A DNA stretch of 6,754 bases, taken from Octopus sinensis. Its lineage: Eukaryota. A program made the translations under genes and the position numbers. This document shows, piece after piece, positions 6,585-6,754 of this stretch; the first letter of the stretch is position 1; the number at the start of each line of letters is the position of its first letter. The notes under the pieces were generated by a model that did no database searches, was not told the DNA's origin, and saw only the letters and a program-made list of their open reading frames with translations. The stretch is from NCBI RefSeq assembly GCF_006345805.1, contig NW_021829248.1:1-6754 (forward strand). Reading direction: 5' to 3'.

Positions 6585-6700
6585 TATAAATACAGCTGGG
6601 TAGGCTCCAGAGTGCTAGGTTTTGCAAACTGTATTCTGACCAATCAGTGTGTAGTATCACTCAATTACTTAAGCTGATTGGTTGGTTGAGCTGATTGGTT
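6585..6700. promoter_or_regulatory. Possible Pol II promoter-like cluster: three NF-Y-type CCAAT boxes and a TATA-like element
   Basis: GACCAATCAG (CCAAT at 6640-6644), two copies of AGCTGATTGGTT (6672-6683 and 6689-6700), and TATAAATA at 6585-6592 (TATTTATA on the - strand). Motif matches only. Confidence 0.35.
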
Positions 6701-6754
6701 TAGGCATCACGCTTTGTTGGACAGGTCAAGAGTCCTGTATCTTGACCCTGGCCG

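Noticed and set aside
1-6754. CRISPR array, rRNA or prokaryotic operon
   Set aside because: No regularly spaced repeats or rRNA similarity. The sequence is eukaryotic repeat DNA.

Overview
AT-rich, microsatellite-dense eukaryotic repeat DNA with no recognisable host gene. The SINE type and TA/CA microsatellite load suggest an octopus or other coleoid cephalopod (inference). From left to right: two decayed mariner-type transposase fragments (- strand, ~1-777 and ~977-1588); two head-to-tail tRNA-derived SINE copies (~1628-2203); a 5'-truncated Penelope-like retroelement (PLE) on the - strand (2291-4674); a second fold-back element (92-bp arms, 4901-5112); microsatellites; and a CCAAT/TATA-rich segment at the right edge. 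The PLE keeps an open GIY-YIG endonuclease frame but no reverse transcriptase, is bounded by 100-bp inverted repeats, and carries an apparently intact minimal type I hammerhead ribozyme. The fold-back arms are two opposed, degenerate hammerhead-like motifs of a different sequence family. The most notable structure is the 2291-5113 cluster: two inverted-end, hammerhead-bearing elements next to (TA)n tracts, both ribozymes having a self-complementary stem III and a G.U pair opening stem II. All alignments and folds were done by eye, with no database searches.
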